Source: Verrucomicrobiota bacterium
GTDB taxonomy: Bacteria > Verrucomicrobiota > Verrucomicrobiia > Limisphaerales > UBA9464
Assembly (NCBI GenBank): GCA_016871805.1
Contig: VHCG01000012.1
Coordinates: 5,946 to 69,945 of the forward strand
DNA length: 64,000 bases
Direction: 5' to 3'
The number at the start of each line of letters is the position of its first letter. The stretch's first letter is position 1. Under the pieces are notes generated by a model. That model was not told the DNA's origin and searched no databases. It saw nothing but the letters and a program-made list of their open reading frames with translations. This document shows positions 9,978-20,381 of the stretch, piece after piece. The position numbers and the translations under genes were made by a program.

Positions 9978-10949
9978 GTGCGCAATCCGATCCTGGTCAC
10001 CGGCGGGGCGGGCTTCATCGGCTCCCACCTGGTCGAACGACTCCTCGCCGACGGCGAATCCGTCGTGGTTCTCGACGACTTCTCGACGGGCGACCGTGCG
10101 AACCTCCGGGCGGTGGAGGGACAAAGACGGCTGCGGATCCTTCCGGGCCGGGTCTCGGACCATTCCGACCTTGCGGCCCTCGTGGCCGAATGCGGCTTCG
10201 TCTACCACCTGGCTGCGGCGGTTGGGGTGGAACTCGTGGTCAACTCCCCGATCCGCACCATCGAGACCAATCTCGATGAGACCACGGTCGTCCTCCGGGC
10301 CGCGGCGGCGGGTGGCGTGCCCGTGCTAATCACGTCGAGCTCGGAGGTCTATGGGAAGAGTCCCCGTTCCGAGTTCACGGAGACGGACGACCTGCTGATC
10401 GGACCGCCCCATCTCGGACGCTGGGGATATGCCTGTTCCAAGCTGATGGATGAGTTTCTGGCGCTGGCCTACATGCGGGAACGTGGGGTGCCGGTGACGG
10501 TCGTCCGGCTCTTTAACACCGTGGGGCCGCGCCAGACCGGACGCTACGGGATGGTCCTGCCACGGTTCGTCCAGGCCGCCCTCCTCAATCAGCCGATCCG
10601 CGTCCACGGCGATGGCGGACAGTCGCGCTGCTTCTGTCATGTCCAGGATGTCCTCGAGGCCCTGCGCGGTCTCGAGCAGCGTCCGACAACCCGCGGCGAG
10701 GTGGTCAACGTCGGCAACAACCAGCCGATCACCATCCTGGACCTTGCCGAACGGGTCCGAAGCCTTCTGGGGTCGTCGTCCCCGATCGAGTTCGTGCCCT
10801 ACGAGCAGGCCTACGCCCCGGGGTTCGAGGACATGCGGCATCGTCGGCCGTCGCTGGCCAAGCTCGAGAGGCTTACCGGGTATCGGCCGGCGCGGGATCT
10901 CGATACGATCATCCGCGACGTGGCCGCTCACCTCGGCGCCGCGGGATAA
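9978..10949 (+). CDS. NAD-dependent epimerase/dehydratase (extended SDR, UDP-sugar type)
   Basis: A GTG start at 9978 gives (M)RNPILVTGGAGFIGSHLVERLL (GxxGxxG). The YxxxK catalytic pair lies in WGYACSKLMDE. The listed longer ORF 9753.. overlaps rnpB. Confidence 0.85.
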   Translation: MRNPILVTGGAGFIGSHLVERLLADGESVVVLDDFSTGDRANLRAVEGQRRLRILPGRVSDHSDLAALVAECGFVYHLAAAVGVELVVNSPIRTIETNLDETTVVLRAAAAGGVPVLITSSSEVYGKSPRSEFTETDDLLIGPPHLGRWGYACSKLMDEFLALAYMRERGVPVTVVRLFNTVGPRQTGRYGMVLPRFVQAALLNQPIRVHGDGGQSRCFCHVQDVLEALRGLEQRPTTRGEVVNVGNNQPITILDLAERVRSLLGSSSPIEFVPYEQAYAPGFEDMRHRRPSLAKLERLTGYRPARDLDTIIRDVAAHLGAAG

Positions 10950-10980
10950 ACGGATTTCCGGCCGGGACGGTGTTCCGGAG

Positions 10981-12183
10981 TCAGGCGCTCAGGACGGCGT
11001 CCCAATCCTTCCAGACGGGTTCGTAGCCGAGGCGGCGCAGCAGGGAGGCGATCTCCTCCGGGGAACGGTCGTCGGCGATGTCAAACTGCCCGGTGGCCGC
11101 GGTGGAGCGTCCGGGGGCACGACGTCCTGCCAACCCCTCGGGGTCGACGGCGACGACCCGGCCCTTCACGGTCTGGTGGATGTTCTGGTGTCCGGCGCCG
11201 GTGTATCCCCCGGGCTCCGTGTGGCTGCCGGCGCTGGCGTGGGTGATGCCGAGCGGGAAGAGACCGTCACGGAGGTGGGCGGGTTCGCGCGTGGACAGCA
11301 CGAGTCCGACATCGGGCAGGAATAGGCGGAGCGCGGCGATAAGCTGGACGAGATCGCGGTCACCGAGGTGCGTTCGGGGCTCGAACGAACCGGCACAGGG
11401 GCGGAGCCGGGGCAGGGAGATCGTCAGCATGGCTTTCCAGCAGTGCCGCAGCAGCCAGGCCGCATGGGCCGCGGTCGCGAGCGCCTCGTACCGCCAGTCG
11501 GCCAGACCGTGCAGGGCCCCGATGCCGATACGCCGGAATCCCGCGGCATAGGCGCGCTCGGGACACGCCAGACGCCAGTCGAAGTTCCGCTTCGGTCCTG
11601 CGGTGTGGAGTTCGGCGTAGGCCGTGCGGTCGTAGGTCTCCTGGTAGACCACCAGTCCCTCGGCCCCGGCCTTCACCAGCGGTTCATACTCGGGGGTCTC
11701 CATGGGTCCGACCTCAAGCAAGAGCGACGGGATGAATCCGTGCAGGGCGGCGGGGCACTGCTCCAGGTATCCGTTGGAGACGAACTTTGGATGTTCCCCG
11801 GCGACGAGCAGGATGTTCCGGAATCCCTGTTCGGCGAGGGCCCGAGCCTCGCGGACGACCTCGTCGACCCCGAGCGTGACCCGGAGGATGGGGTTGTCGC
11901 GCGAGAAGCCGCAGTAGGCGCAGTTGTTGATGCACTCGTTGCTCAGATAGAGCGGGGCGAACAAGCGGATGACCCGTCCGAACCGCTGCCGGGTGAGCTG
12001 TTGGGACCGGCGGCACAGCGTCTCGAGAGAGCGTCCCGCGGCGGGTGAGAGCAGGGCCGCAAAGTCCGACAGAGTCTCGGGCCCGCGGGCGAGGATGCGG
12101 TCCACCCGGTCCGGAGTGGCCTCGCGGGCCTCCTGGAGCAGTCGGGGAAAGGGCACTGCATCGAACTCGGCGACAAAACTCAT
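10981..12183 (-). CDS. thiH: 2-iminoacetate synthase ThiH (radical SAM, thiamine biosynthesis)
   Basis: SNECINNCAYCGF CxxxCxxC motif. The C-terminus GQFDIADDRSPEEIASLLRRLGYEPVWKDWD is typical of ThiH. ATG at 12183 (MSFVAEF...). Confidence 0.85.
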   Translation of the reverse strand: MSFVAEFDAVPFPRLLQEAREATPDRVDRILARGPETLSDFAALLSPAAGRSLETLCRRSQQLTRQRFGRVIRLFAPLYLSNECINNCAYCGFSRDNPILRVTLGVDEVVREARALAEQGFRNILLVAGEHPKFVSNGYLEQCPAALHGFIPSLLLEVGPMETPEYEPLVKAGAEGLVVYQETYDRTAYAELHTAGPKRNFDWRLACPERAYAAGFRRIGIGALHGLADWRYEALATAAHAAWLLRHCWKAMLTISLPRLRPCAGSFEPRTHLGDRDLVQLIAALRLFLPDVGLVLSTREPAHLRDGLFPLGITHASAGSHTEPGGYTGAGHQNIHQTVKGRVVAVDPEGLAGRRAPGRSTAATGQFDIADDRSPEEIASLLRRLGYEPVWKDWDAVLSA

Positions 12184-12259
12184 CAGGCGGTCAGGGTACC
12201 CGGGGACCCCGGTGGGGCAAGCGGCGTGAACCCATCGCGAAGCCGTTGGTGCCGCCGGT

Positions 12260-12706
12260 TCACTCGAGGAACCGTCCACGGATCCTCGGATCCGGAACGG
12301 GGCAGACGGAGGGTCTCCCGAACCATCGGTGTCGGTGGCGCGCCACCCCGCGGTACAGCGCATCGCGCAGGGGTCGTGGCACCCACCGGCCGACGGTGAG
12401 GATCGGCCACGGAAACGGAAGCCGTGCGGCGATCGCCAAGACCGCGTCCGAACGCACCCGGGCCACTCCGTCCTCGAGGACCACGACCGTGTCGGGCCCC
12501 TCTCCCCCGGGTTGGGTCAGTCCCGCGGCCGTGCAGGCGCGGCGTCCGGTCTCTCCCTGGAGCGGTGCGAACCGGAAGCGTCCGTCCGGATCCCTCGCGA
12601 TCACGAAGCGCACGAACCCGTCGCACAGGGCGCAGGTGCCGTCGAACAGCACCAGGATGGTGCCCGTGGTGCCGTCCAGGGCGGGGTCGACAGGGTTCCT
12701 GGCCAT
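12260..12706 (-). CDS. DCC1-like thiol-disulfide oxidoreductase (DUF393)
   Basis: LVLFDGTCALCDGFVRFV contains the family CxxC motif, and the size (148 aa) fits the family. Confidence 0.7.
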   Translation of the reverse strand: MARNPVDPALDGTTGTILVLFDGTCALCDGFVRFVIARDPDGRFRFAPLQGETGRRACTAAGLTQPGGEGPDTVVVLEDGVARVRSDAVLAIAARLPFPWPILTVGRWVPRPLRDALYRGVARHRHRWFGRPSVCPVPDPRIRGRFLE

Positions 12707-12739
12707 GAGGTGGGGATGGATGGCCTTGGCGGGAAGCCG

Positions 12740-13393
12740 CTACGCGCGGGGACCCTTGCCGCGCATCAGGTTGAGGTAGAGCAACCCGCCCAGCATGCCG
12801 CCGAGATGGGCGGCATGCGCCACGTGGTCGAACGGGAACAGGGCTCCGCCAAGGGCGAGGATCACGCCCCACAGGAGCATGGTCTTGGCGCGCAGCGTCA
12901 CCGGGATCACGAAGAACAGCAGCAGGGTGAGCTGGCGTTCCGGGAAGAGGGCGGCGTACGCGGCGACGAGTCCGAACACACCGGCCGAGGCACCCACCAC
13001 CGCGGAGCCGAAGAGGTTGGGGGCCAGGAGGGCACAGGTCACCTGGACAAACCCGCCCACGATGCCGCTGAAGAGGTACAGCTTCAGGAACCGGAACCGA
13101 CCCAGCCGATCCTCGATTCCCTGTCCGAACACGTACAGGCCCCAGCAGTTGAGGACGAGGTGCAGGATGCCGCCGTGGAGAAACTGGTAGGTGAGGAACT
13201 GCCAGAGGTATCCCGACCGGATCCCGGACACGCCGAGGGCGCACCAGTGGGTGAGGGGCCACCGGGTGTACTTTCGGACGAGGATCTCCCCCAGGAACAC
13301 GGCGACGTTGATGCCGACCAGCCAGGCTGCCAGTGAGCGGCTGTTCGGTCGAGGGGCCTCCTGCCAGGCGTCGTTGGGATCGGGTTCCGTCAT
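12740..13393 (-). CDS. rhomboid-family intramembrane serine protease
   Basis: WQFLTYQFLHGGILHLVLN, catalytic GASAGVFGL, and HAAHLGGMLGG, with multiple TM helices. ATG at 13393; the upstream part of listed ORF ..13735 is shadow. Confidence 0.85.
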   Translation of the reverse strand: MTEPDPNDAWQEAPRPNSRSLAAWLVGINVAVFLGEILVRKYTRWPLTHWCALGVSGIRSGYLWQFLTYQFLHGGILHLVLNCWGLYVFGQGIEDRLGRFRFLKLYLFSGIVGGFVQVTCALLAPNLFGSAVVGASAGVFGLVAAYAALFPERQLTLLLFFVIPVTLRAKTMLLWGVILALGGALFPFDHVAHAAHLGGMLGGLLYLNLMRGKGPRA

Positions 13394-13427
13394 CGTCTTA
13401 CCACGGGAGTCTCGCACGGGACGGGAC

Positions 13428-15158
13428 TCAGTCGAGGGCCGCCAGGGCCTGCTGCACGCGGTCCATGAGGGGGGCGAGGGTCTGGCGGCTGAAGTCGAAC
13501 CGGCAGCCGGCCCGCGCGAACAGGTCGGGCAGGGGACGCGATCCGCCCAGCGCCAGGGCCGCCTTGTAGTCCGCGAGGGCCCTGGGGTGGTCCTGGGCGG
13601 CGTTCGACCACACCTGGAGCGCACCCAGTTGGGCGATCCCATATTCCACGTAGTAGAAGGGGTAGAGGAAGATGTGGAGTTGCTTGTGCCAGAGGTTCGA
13701 GCGCGAGGGCTCGAATCCCGTCCAGTCGATGTCACCCCCGAACCGGTCCATGAGCCGGTTCCACGCTGCGGAACGTTCCGTCACGGAATGGCCCGGGTGG
13801 GTGTAGAGCCAGTGCTGGAAGGCGTCGACCGTGGCGATCCAGGGGAAGACGCCGACGATGCCTTCGAGGTGGACCCGACGGGCCCGGCGGGCATCGGGCT
13901 CGGAGTAGAAGACATCGAGGTGCGGCGCGCCGAGGAGCTCCATGGCCATGGAGGCGACCTCGCAGAACTCGATCGGGGCACCGCGATAGGCAAACAGGGG
14001 TTCGTCACGGGTCGCAAGGGCATGGAAGGCGTGGCCGGCCTCGTGGAGGAGTGTCTCGACGTCGCGCTGGAGTCCGACGGCGTTCATGAAGATGAACGGA
14101 AGCCGGGACTCGCTGAGCGTGCTCTGGTAGCCGCCCGGGGCCTTGCCCTTGCGGTTGACGAGGTCGAGGAGTCGCAGGTCCCGCATGGTCTGGAATCTCC
14201 GCGCGAGTTCCGGATCCAGCCGGTCGAAGATCACCTGGGACCCGCGCTCCATCTCGGCCGTCTCGGTGAAGGGCTTCAAGGCGGGACGGTTCAGCGGGTC
14301 GACTGCGACGTCCCAGGGGCGCAGGGCGGGGACCTGGAGCTGCTCGCGTCGACGGGCCAGCAGTCGACGGAGCACGGGCATCACCTCGGCCTCGATGCCG
14401 TCGTGGAACCGTTCGCAGTCGACGGCGGTGTAGTCGAACCGGCCGCGCATGCGGAAGGCGTAGTCGCGGTAGTTGGCATGGCCGGCGTTGGCGGCGATCC
14501 GACCACGGAGGACCAGCAGTTGGTTGAGGATCTGCTCGAACCGGTTGGCCTCCTGGAGGCGGCGCGTGGCCACGAGGCGCCAGGCCTCCTCGCGCAGGGG
14601 CCGATCGGGCTCCTCCTGGTAGCGTCCCATCTGGGTCAGGGTCTTCTGCTCGCCCCGGAACTCCACGGTGAGGGACCCGGAGAGCTTGTTGTATTCGTTG
14701 CCGACCTTGGCCTCCTCGGTCTCCAGCGCGACGTTCTCGTCCCGGTACAGCTCCACCTGGAGGGCGGTGTCGCGATCGAGCACCCGGTAGCGGTCGAGGG
14801 GCAGCTTCGGACGCAGGGGCTGGGCGAGGTAGGCCTTGGCGAGGGCGAAGCGGCGGGGCTTGAGTCGGGGCTCGATCTCCTCGACGAACCACAGGTACGC
14901 CTTGTCGGCCTCCGGACTGTCGGTGTGGCAGGTCATGGCGATGTACCGCTTGGCCCCCTCCTCCTCGAGGGCGGCCTGCAGCTCGCCGCAGTCCACCAGC
15001 CACGCCTCCAGTTCGGACACCGAGGCGAGGTCCCTGGATCGCTCCTCGAGCCGGTCGAACAGCGGGGCGATCTGGTCCCACTGGGCGAGGTCGAGGGTCT
15101 CCGGGACGAATCGGCGCGGGGTGGACCGTGGCAGATCACCAAAGGGCAGCAGGCTCAT
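13428..15158 (-). CDS. M3-family oligoendopeptidase (PepF-like)
   Basis: HEAGHAFH zinc site (HExxH) and the length and architecture of M3B peptidases. ATG at 15158 is preferred over the TTG at 15197. Confidence 0.85.
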   Translation of the reverse strand: MSLLPFGDLPRSTPRRFVPETLDLAQWDQIAPLFDRLEERSRDLASVSELEAWLVDCGELQAALEEEGAKRYIAMTCHTDSPEADKAYLWFVEEIEPRLKPRRFALAKAYLAQPLRPKLPLDRYRVLDRDTALQVELYRDENVALETEEAKVGNEYNKLSGSLTVEFRGEQKTLTQMGRYQEEPDRPLREEAWRLVATRRLQEANRFEQILNQLLVLRGRIAANAGHANYRDYAFRMRGRFDYTAVDCERFHDGIEAEVMPVLRRLLARRREQLQVPALRPWDVAVDPLNRPALKPFTETAEMERGSQVIFDRLDPELARRFQTMRDLRLLDLVNRKGKAPGGYQSTLSESRLPFIFMNAVGLQRDVETLLHEAGHAFHALATRDEPLFAYRGAPIEFCEVASMAMELLGAPHLDVFYSEPDARRARRVHLEGIVGVFPWIATVDAFQHWLYTHPGHSVTERSAAWNRLMDRFGGDIDWTGFEPSRSNLWHKQLHIFLYPFYYVEYGIAQLGALQVWSNAAQDHPRALADYKAALALGGSRPLPDLFARAGCRFDFSRQTLAPLMDRVQQALAALD

Positions 15159-15292
15159 GTCGGACACACCGTGCGGCAGGAACGCCCTGGTCCGCAAGAC
15201 ACCCCCGGTGGTGGAGCGGGCGGAGCGGTGGTCCGGTGTCCCGGCAAAACACTGGATTCCTCGCTGAGCCTGCGGGATCCTGTCGAAGCTTC

Positions 15293-17239
15293 ATGTCGAT
15301 GCTCCAACGCTTCCTCGCCCACAGGCTTCCCGGTCTTGTGCTGTGCCTGGCCGGCATCCTCGCCCCGGGAGTCCGGGCCGACGTCGTCTATCCACCGGAC
15401 GCCGGGATCATCAACGTGCGCCAGTCGCCCTACCACGCCAAGGGGGATGGGCTCACGGATGACACGGAGGCGCTGCAGCAGGCGATCTGGGAGAACGGCA
15501 TGACGAACCGGATCATCTACCTCCCCGAGGGGGTCTACCGGATCTCCGACACACTGCGCTGGCCGGCAGCCCCGGGCAGTCCGCTGCAGGGTCGGACCAT
15601 CCTCCAGGGGCAGGGTCGAGGGAAGACGGTCCTCCGGATTTTCGACTACTCGCCGGGTTTCTCCGACTCGGGCAAGTCCCGTCCGATGCTGGCGACCGGG
15701 GTGGGGACCCGGTTCCTGCGGAATGCCGTCCGGGATCTCACCCTCGACACCGGGATTGGAAACCCGGGTGCGAGCGGCCTGCAGCTGGTGGCCCATCACC
15801 AGGGTGGGCTTCGGAACGTGGACATCGTGGCGGGCGGCGATGGCTCCGGCGGGGTGGGACTCGATCTGAGTCCGGGAGAGGACCTGGGCCCGCTCCTGGT
15901 CAAGAACGTCCGCATCCAGGGCTTCGGCACCGGGATCCGCACCGGGAACCCCGCCTACTCGGTGACCCTTGAGGACATCCAGCTCACGGGTCAGAAGTCC
16001 GAGGGCATCCGGAACGGAGCCCAGGTGGTGACGATCCACCGGCTCCGCAGCACCAATTCGGTTCCGGCCGTCCAGAACACGGACGAATCCGGCTTCGTGA
16101 CCCTGGTGGACGCGGTGCTGCAGGGGCTTCCGACGAAGCGTGGGGGCCCGGCCGTCTTCAACCGCGGATTCCTCTTCATGCGGGAGGTGGCGGCTCCGGG
16201 CTACTCCAACCTTCTCCAGAACTGGTCGAGCAGGCTGCCTCCGGTGCGAGGTCTGGTCGTCGACGAGTACCATTCCCATGGCATGGTCAACATCTTCCCA
16301 TCCCCCCCGATCACGATGCGCCTGCCGGTGGCGGAGGCGCCAGAGACGCCGTGGGATCCGCTGTCCGACTGGGCGAGTCCAGCCCAGTTCGGGGGTCGCG
16401 GTGGCGATTCCGAGGACGACTCCGAGGCGATCCAGAAGGCCATCGATTCCGGGGCGACCACGGTCTTTCTCCCGAACGGGACCTGGAACGTCCGGCATCC
16501 CGTCGAAATCCGGGGCAAGGTGCGCCGGATCGTCGGCACCGAGGCGGTTCTCAACCTGGTCGCGGCACCCGGACAGTGCGGATTCCGGATAGGACAGGAG
16601 TCGGCTCCGACGCTCTGGTTCGAGCAGATCGAGGTCACCGGGGGCAGGGTCGCGTTCCTGCGTTCGGTTGCGGATCGGACGGTTGTGATCCGGGACTGCT
16701 CCGGCATCAGCGTCGACTGGAGGGGCAAGGGAACGCTGTTCCTCGAGAATGTGTCGAGCGACCACCCATGGGTCGTCGACAAGGGGCTGAGCCTCTGGGC
16801 CCGACAGTGGTTTGAACGCTTCGGCGGCGACAAGATCGTCAACCAGGGCGGGACGGTCTGGATCCTCGGACTGACGACGGAGCGGCCCGGGACCCTGCTG
16901 GCAACCCTCGAGGGTGGCCGTTCCGAGATCCTCGGCGGATTGTGTGAATCGTCCGGCACCTGGAAATCGATGCCGATGTTCCGGATCCAGGATGGGTCCG
17001 GCAGCTTCGTCATGGCCGAATTCTCCCAGCAGTCGACCCCCTACCAGACGATCGTGGAGGAGAAGCGTGGCGACCGGTCGCGGCGGCTTCCGAACACCGG
17101 GCCCATCGGCGGCGATCCCCTGCCGGCCCGGACCGGCGGGATTGCCCTGACCCTCTTCAGCGGGTATTCGGGGGAAGGCTCCGTGGCGCCGAAGGGAACG
17201 GTTCCGACCGTGGCCGATCCCGTGAAGACCTCGCCCTGA
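15293..17239 (+). CDS. secreted right-handed beta-helix glycosidase (pectate-lyase-3 / GH55-like, two tandem domains)
   Basis: Signal peptide MSMLQRFLAHRLPGLVLCLAGILAPGVRA. Two N-cap motifs are present: YHAKGDGLTDDTEALQQAI and GGDSEDDSEAIQKAIDSGATTVFLP. Confidence 0.7.
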   Translation: MSMLQRFLAHRLPGLVLCLAGILAPGVRADVVYPPDAGIINVRQSPYHAKGDGLTDDTEALQQAIWENGMTNRIIYLPEGVYRISDTLRWPAAPGSPLQGRTILQGQGRGKTVLRIFDYSPGFSDSGKSRPMLATGVGTRFLRNAVRDLTLDTGIGNPGASGLQLVAHHQGGLRNVDIVAGGDGSGGVGLDLSPGEDLGPLLVKNVRIQGFGTGIRTGNPAYSVTLEDIQLTGQKSEGIRNGAQVVTIHRLRSTNSVPAVQNTDESGFVTLVDAVLQGLPTKRGGPAVFNRGFLFMREVAAPGYSNLLQNWSSRLPPVRGLVVDEYHSHGMVNIFPSPPITMRLPVAEAPETPWDPLSDWASPAQFGGRGGDSEDDSEAIQKAIDSGATTVFLPNGTWNVRHPVEIRGKVRRIVGTEAVLNLVAAPGQCGFRIGQESAPTLWFEQIEVTGGRVAFLRSVADRTVVIRDCSGISVDWRGKGTLFLENVSSDHPWVVDKGLSLWARQWFERFGGDKIVNQGGTVWILGLTTERPGTLLATLEGGRSEILGGLCESSGTWKSMPMFRIQDGSGSFVMAEFSQQSTPYQTIVEEKRGDRSRRLPNTGPIGGDPLPARTGGIALTLFSGYSGEGSVAPKGTVPTVADPVKTSP

Positions 17240-17257
17240 ACCCCATCCCTCCACGCC

Positions 17258-18238
17258 ATGGCTGACGGCTCCAAAAGCGATCTCTTTGTCGGCGTCGATC
17301 TCGGTGGAACCAAGATCCTCGCCGGTGTCTTCGGTCCCCAGCTCCGGCTGCTGCAGACCGCCAAGCTGAGCACGAAATCCAGCCGAGGCTTCGGGTCTGT
17401 CGTCGACCGGATCGCCCGATGCGTCCGGGATGCGGTCGACGAGGCCGACATGAGCCTCAAGCAGGTCCAGGCCATCGGCATCGGGGCCCCTGGGGCGGTC
17501 GACTCCGAGACCGGGGAGGTCATCTTCGCCCCGAATCTCCAGTGGAAGGACGCCCCGCTGCGGAAGGAGCTGGAGAAGCAGCTCGAGATCCCGGTCTTCG
17601 TCGAGAACGACTGCACCGCCTGCACCCTCGGGGTGCACGAGGTCGAGCTCAAGGGACGGACCCGCAACCTCATGGGCGTCTTCCTCGGCACCGGCATCGG
17701 CGGCGGCCTGATCCTCGATGGGCGCGTCCACCGTGGCTTCAACGGGACCGCCGGCGAGCTGGGCCACATGGTCCTGCAGGTGGGCGGACCCAAATGCGGG
17801 TGCGGCAACAACGGCTGCTTCGAGGCCCTTGCCAGTCGGACGGCCCTCTTCCGGGAGATCCAGCAGCGGGTGAAGGCCGGCGAGAAGACCGTGCTGACCG
17901 AAATGCTGGGGGATGGCCTCGCGGAGCTGAAGAGCGGCGACCTCCGCAAGGCCCTGCGCAAGGGCGACAAGCTGGTCGAGGAGGTGGTCGAGAGCGCCGC
18001 CGAGTTCACCGGCATCGCCATCGCCAACCTCATCAACATCCTCAATCCCGAGGTCGTCGTGCTGGGCGGCGGCGTCATCGACGCCCTCGAGGACGAGATG
18101 ATGTCGATCATCATCGAGACCGCCCTCGACTATGCCATGCCCGGCACGATCAAGGGTGTCGAGATCCTCGCCTCGAAGCTGGGTGACAACGCCGGCATCA
18201 CCGGCGCGGCCGTCCTCGCGAGGTCGCGCCACCGGTAG
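17258..18238 (+). CDS. ROK-family glucokinase
   Basis: VGVDLGGTK phosphate-1 motif and ROK zinc motif CGCGNNGCFEA. Confidence 0.85.
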   Translation: MADGSKSDLFVGVDLGGTKILAGVFGPQLRLLQTAKLSTKSSRGFGSVVDRIARCVRDAVDEADMSLKQVQAIGIGAPGAVDSETGEVIFAPNLQWKDAPLRKELEKQLEIPVFVENDCTACTLGVHEVELKGRTRNLMGVFLGTGIGGGLILDGRVHRGFNGTAGELGHMVLQVGGPKCGCGNNGCFEALASRTALFREIQQRVKAGEKTVLTEMLGDGLAELKSGDLRKALRKGDKLVEEVVESAAEFTGIAIANLINILNPEVVVLGGGVIDALEDEMMSIIIETALDYAMPGTIKGVEILASKLGDNAGITGAAVLARSRHR

Positions 18239-18336
18239 ACCGTCAATCCCTGGCGATCCGTGCTGCCGGCCGGCAGACGGTCCGGAAAATAGGGTCTAGA
18301 CACCTCGCCGGTGCTCCATAGGCTTCCGGGTCCGTT

Positions 18337-19350
18337 ATGGACTGGAAACCGCATGTGGCTGTGGTGGGCGCGACCGGCGCGGTCGGCGTCGAGATGGTGG
18401 AGACCCTCGAGAAGCGCGACTTCCCGGTGGGGAAACTGACCCTGCTGGCCTCCGCGCGGTCCGTGGGCAGGACACTGCCATTCCGTGGCAGGGACCACGC
18501 CGTCACCGAGCTGACCCGGGAGTCGTTCCGCGGCATCGACATCGCCCTCTTCAGCGCCGGCGGCAGCATCTCGAAGGAGTTCGCCCCCGCCGCCGCCGCC
18601 GCCGGATGCGTCGTGGTCGACAACTCCAGCGCCTTCCGCCAGGACGACTCCGTGCCGCTGGTGGTGCCGGAGATCAATCCCCAGGACATCCCCGGCCACC
18701 GGGGCATCATCGCCAACCCGAACTGCACGACCATCATCACCCTGATGGCCCTGTACCCGCTCCACCACGCGTTCGGGGTGACCCGGGTCTTCGCCTCCAG
18801 CTACCAGGCCGTCTCCGGCACGGGTGCCAAGGCGATCGAGGAGCTGCAGGGCCAGGTCCGGCAGATCGCCTCGGGACAGCCGGTCACCCGGGAGGTCTAT
18901 CCCCATCAGATCGCCTTCAATGTCCTGCCCCATGTCGATGTCTTCCTCGACAACGGCTACACCAAGGAGGAGATGAAGATGCAGGTCGAGGGACGCAAGA
19001 TCATGCACCATCCGGCGTTCAGGGCCTCGGTCACCTGTGTCCGCGTGCCGGTCTACCGGGCCCATTCCATCGCGGTCAGCGCGGAGTTCTCCAAGCCCTT
19101 GACCGTCGAAGCCGCCAAGGCGGTCCTCGCCAAGGCTCCGGGACTCCAGATCGTCGATGATCCGGCCGCCAGGCGGTATCCGATGCCGCTCGACACCTCG
19201 GGGAAGTACGACTGCGCGGTGGGACGGATCCGTCAGGACGTGGCCCTCGAGAACGGACTCTGCTTCTGGGTGTCCGGCGACCAGCTCCTCAAGGGTGCCG
19301 CGCTCAATGCGGTCCAGATCGCCGAGGAACTGGTGCGCCTCCGCCGCTGA
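18337..19350 (+). CDS. asd: aspartate-semialdehyde dehydrogenase
   Basis: VAVVGATGAVG NAD site, active-site IANPNCTTI, and SYQAVSGTG. Confidence 0.9.
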   Translation: MDWKPHVAVVGATGAVGVEMVETLEKRDFPVGKLTLLASARSVGRTLPFRGRDHAVTELTRESFRGIDIALFSAGGSISKEFAPAAAAAGCVVVDNSSAFRQDDSVPLVVPEINPQDIPGHRGIIANPNCTTIITLMALYPLHHAFGVTRVFASSYQAVSGTGAKAIEELQGQVRQIASGQPVTREVYPHQIAFNVLPHVDVFLDNGYTKEEMKMQVEGRKIMHHPAFRASVTCVRVPVYRAHSIAVSAEFSKPLTVEAAKAVLAKAPGLQIVDDPAARRYPMPLDTSGKYDCAVGRIRQDVALENGLCFWVSGDQLLKGAALNAVQIAEELVRLRR

Positions 19351-19442
19351 GGTCCGCCCCCAGGGATGTTCCGGACCGTGGTGCGGTCGGTGACGGCCAT
19401 CGCACTTGCGATGGTGCCTTGGCTCCTTAACCTCGCGGTCTA

Positions 19443-20375
19443 GTGAACAACATCCTCGTCACCGGTGGCGCCGGGTTCATCGGTTCCAATCTCACCCTCG
19501 AGCTCCAGGCCCGGTTTCCGGAGGCGCGGATCGTGGTGGTCGACGACTTCCGGTCGGGCGATTTCCGGAACCTCCGCGGGTTCCGCGGGGATTTCGTGAC
19601 CGCGGACGTGTCCCGACTCGACTGGTCGGCCCAGTTCCGGGACCTCGTCTTCGACGCGATCTTCCACGAGGCCTCGATCACCGACACCACCGTCCATGAC
19701 CAGGCGCTGCAGTCCCACGACAACATCGAGGGGTTCCGTCGCCTCCTCCGGTTCGCCGAGCCCCACCAGACCCCGGTGGTGTACGCGAGTTCGGCGGCTA
19801 CTTACGGGATCTGCTCGGGGATCCAGACCGAGGACCAGCCTGCGGCACCGGCGAACGTCTACGCGTTCAGCAAGGTTCAGCTCGACAACCTGGCCCGGGA
19901 GCAGGCGCGGCGCTTCCCGACCTGGCGGATCGTCGGGCTCCGGTATTTCAACGTCTATGGGCCGCTCGAGACCCACAAGGGGGCGGCCGCGAGCATGATC
20001 TACCAGCTCTACCGGCAGATGAAGTCCGGCAAGCGGCCCCGCGTGTTTCGGGGTGGCGAGCAGAAGCGGGATTTCGTCTACGTGAAGGATGTGGTGGCCC
20101 TCACCCTCCATGCGCTGACCGCCTCGAAGCGAAGCGGGATCTTCAACTGCGGATCGGGCCATGCCTTCTCGTTCAACGAGGTGATCGAGGCGCTGAACCG
20201 TGCGCTCGGCACACGGCTGGAGCCGGAATACTTCGAGAACCCCTACAGCTTCTACCAGCCCCATACCGAGGCCGACATGCAGCGGGTCCGATCGGAACTG
20301 GAGTTCACCCCCCGATTCACCCCCGCCACCGGCATCGCCGACTATGTGGCCCTGCTCGAACGCCCTTCGAACTGA
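19443..20375 (+). CDS. hldD: ADP-L-glycero-D-manno-heptose 6-epimerase
   Basis: GTG start. ILVTGGAGFIGSN, YASSAATYG, RYFNVYGP.E.HKG..AS, KRDFVYVKDV and GIFNCGSG closely follow the HldD/RfaD pattern. Confidence 0.85.
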   Translation: MNNILVTGGAGFIGSNLTLELQARFPEARIVVVDDFRSGDFRNLRGFRGDFVTADVSRLDWSAQFRDLVFDAIFHEASITDTTVHDQALQSHDNIEGFRRLLRFAEPHQTPVVYASSAATYGICSGIQTEDQPAAPANVYAFSKVQLDNLAREQARRFPTWRIVGLRYFNVYGPLETHKGAAASMIYQLYRQMKSGKRPRVFRGGEQKRDFVYVKDVVALTLHALTASKRSGIFNCGSGHAFSFNEVIEALNRALGTRLEPEYFENPYSFYQPHTEADMQRVRSELEFTPRFTPATGIADYVALLERPSN

Positions 20376-20381
20376 TCTCCG

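Noticed and set aside
1-10000. Apparent over-representation of GATC and especially GGATCC. By eye I count about 20 GGATCC in the first 10 kb, against roughly 3-4 expected from base composition alone.
   Set aside because: It is at least partly explained by codon usage on both strands of a palindrome: xxG-ATC-Cxx with ATC as the dominant Ile codon, xxG-GAT-CCx, and GGA-TCC. My count is manual and no proper codon-shuffled null was computed. Worth a k-mer test, but it is not evidence of a system.
12184-12259. Possible TPP riboswitch upstream of thiH.
   Set aside because: There is no CTGAGA or ACCTGATCTGGATAATGCC-type core. The gap is only 76 nt and follows a co-directional gene.
15155-18232. Very long antisense ORFs. 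Examples: 1025 aa at 15155..18232, 1010 aa at 43701..46733, 893 aa at 33991..36672, 824 aa at 19440..21914, 606 aa at 3739..5559, 516 aa at 676..2226.
   Set aside because: They lie opposite genes with strong family motifs and translate to Arg/Pro/Gly/Asp-rich text without motifs. They are the expected stop-poor shadow frames of a high-GC genome.
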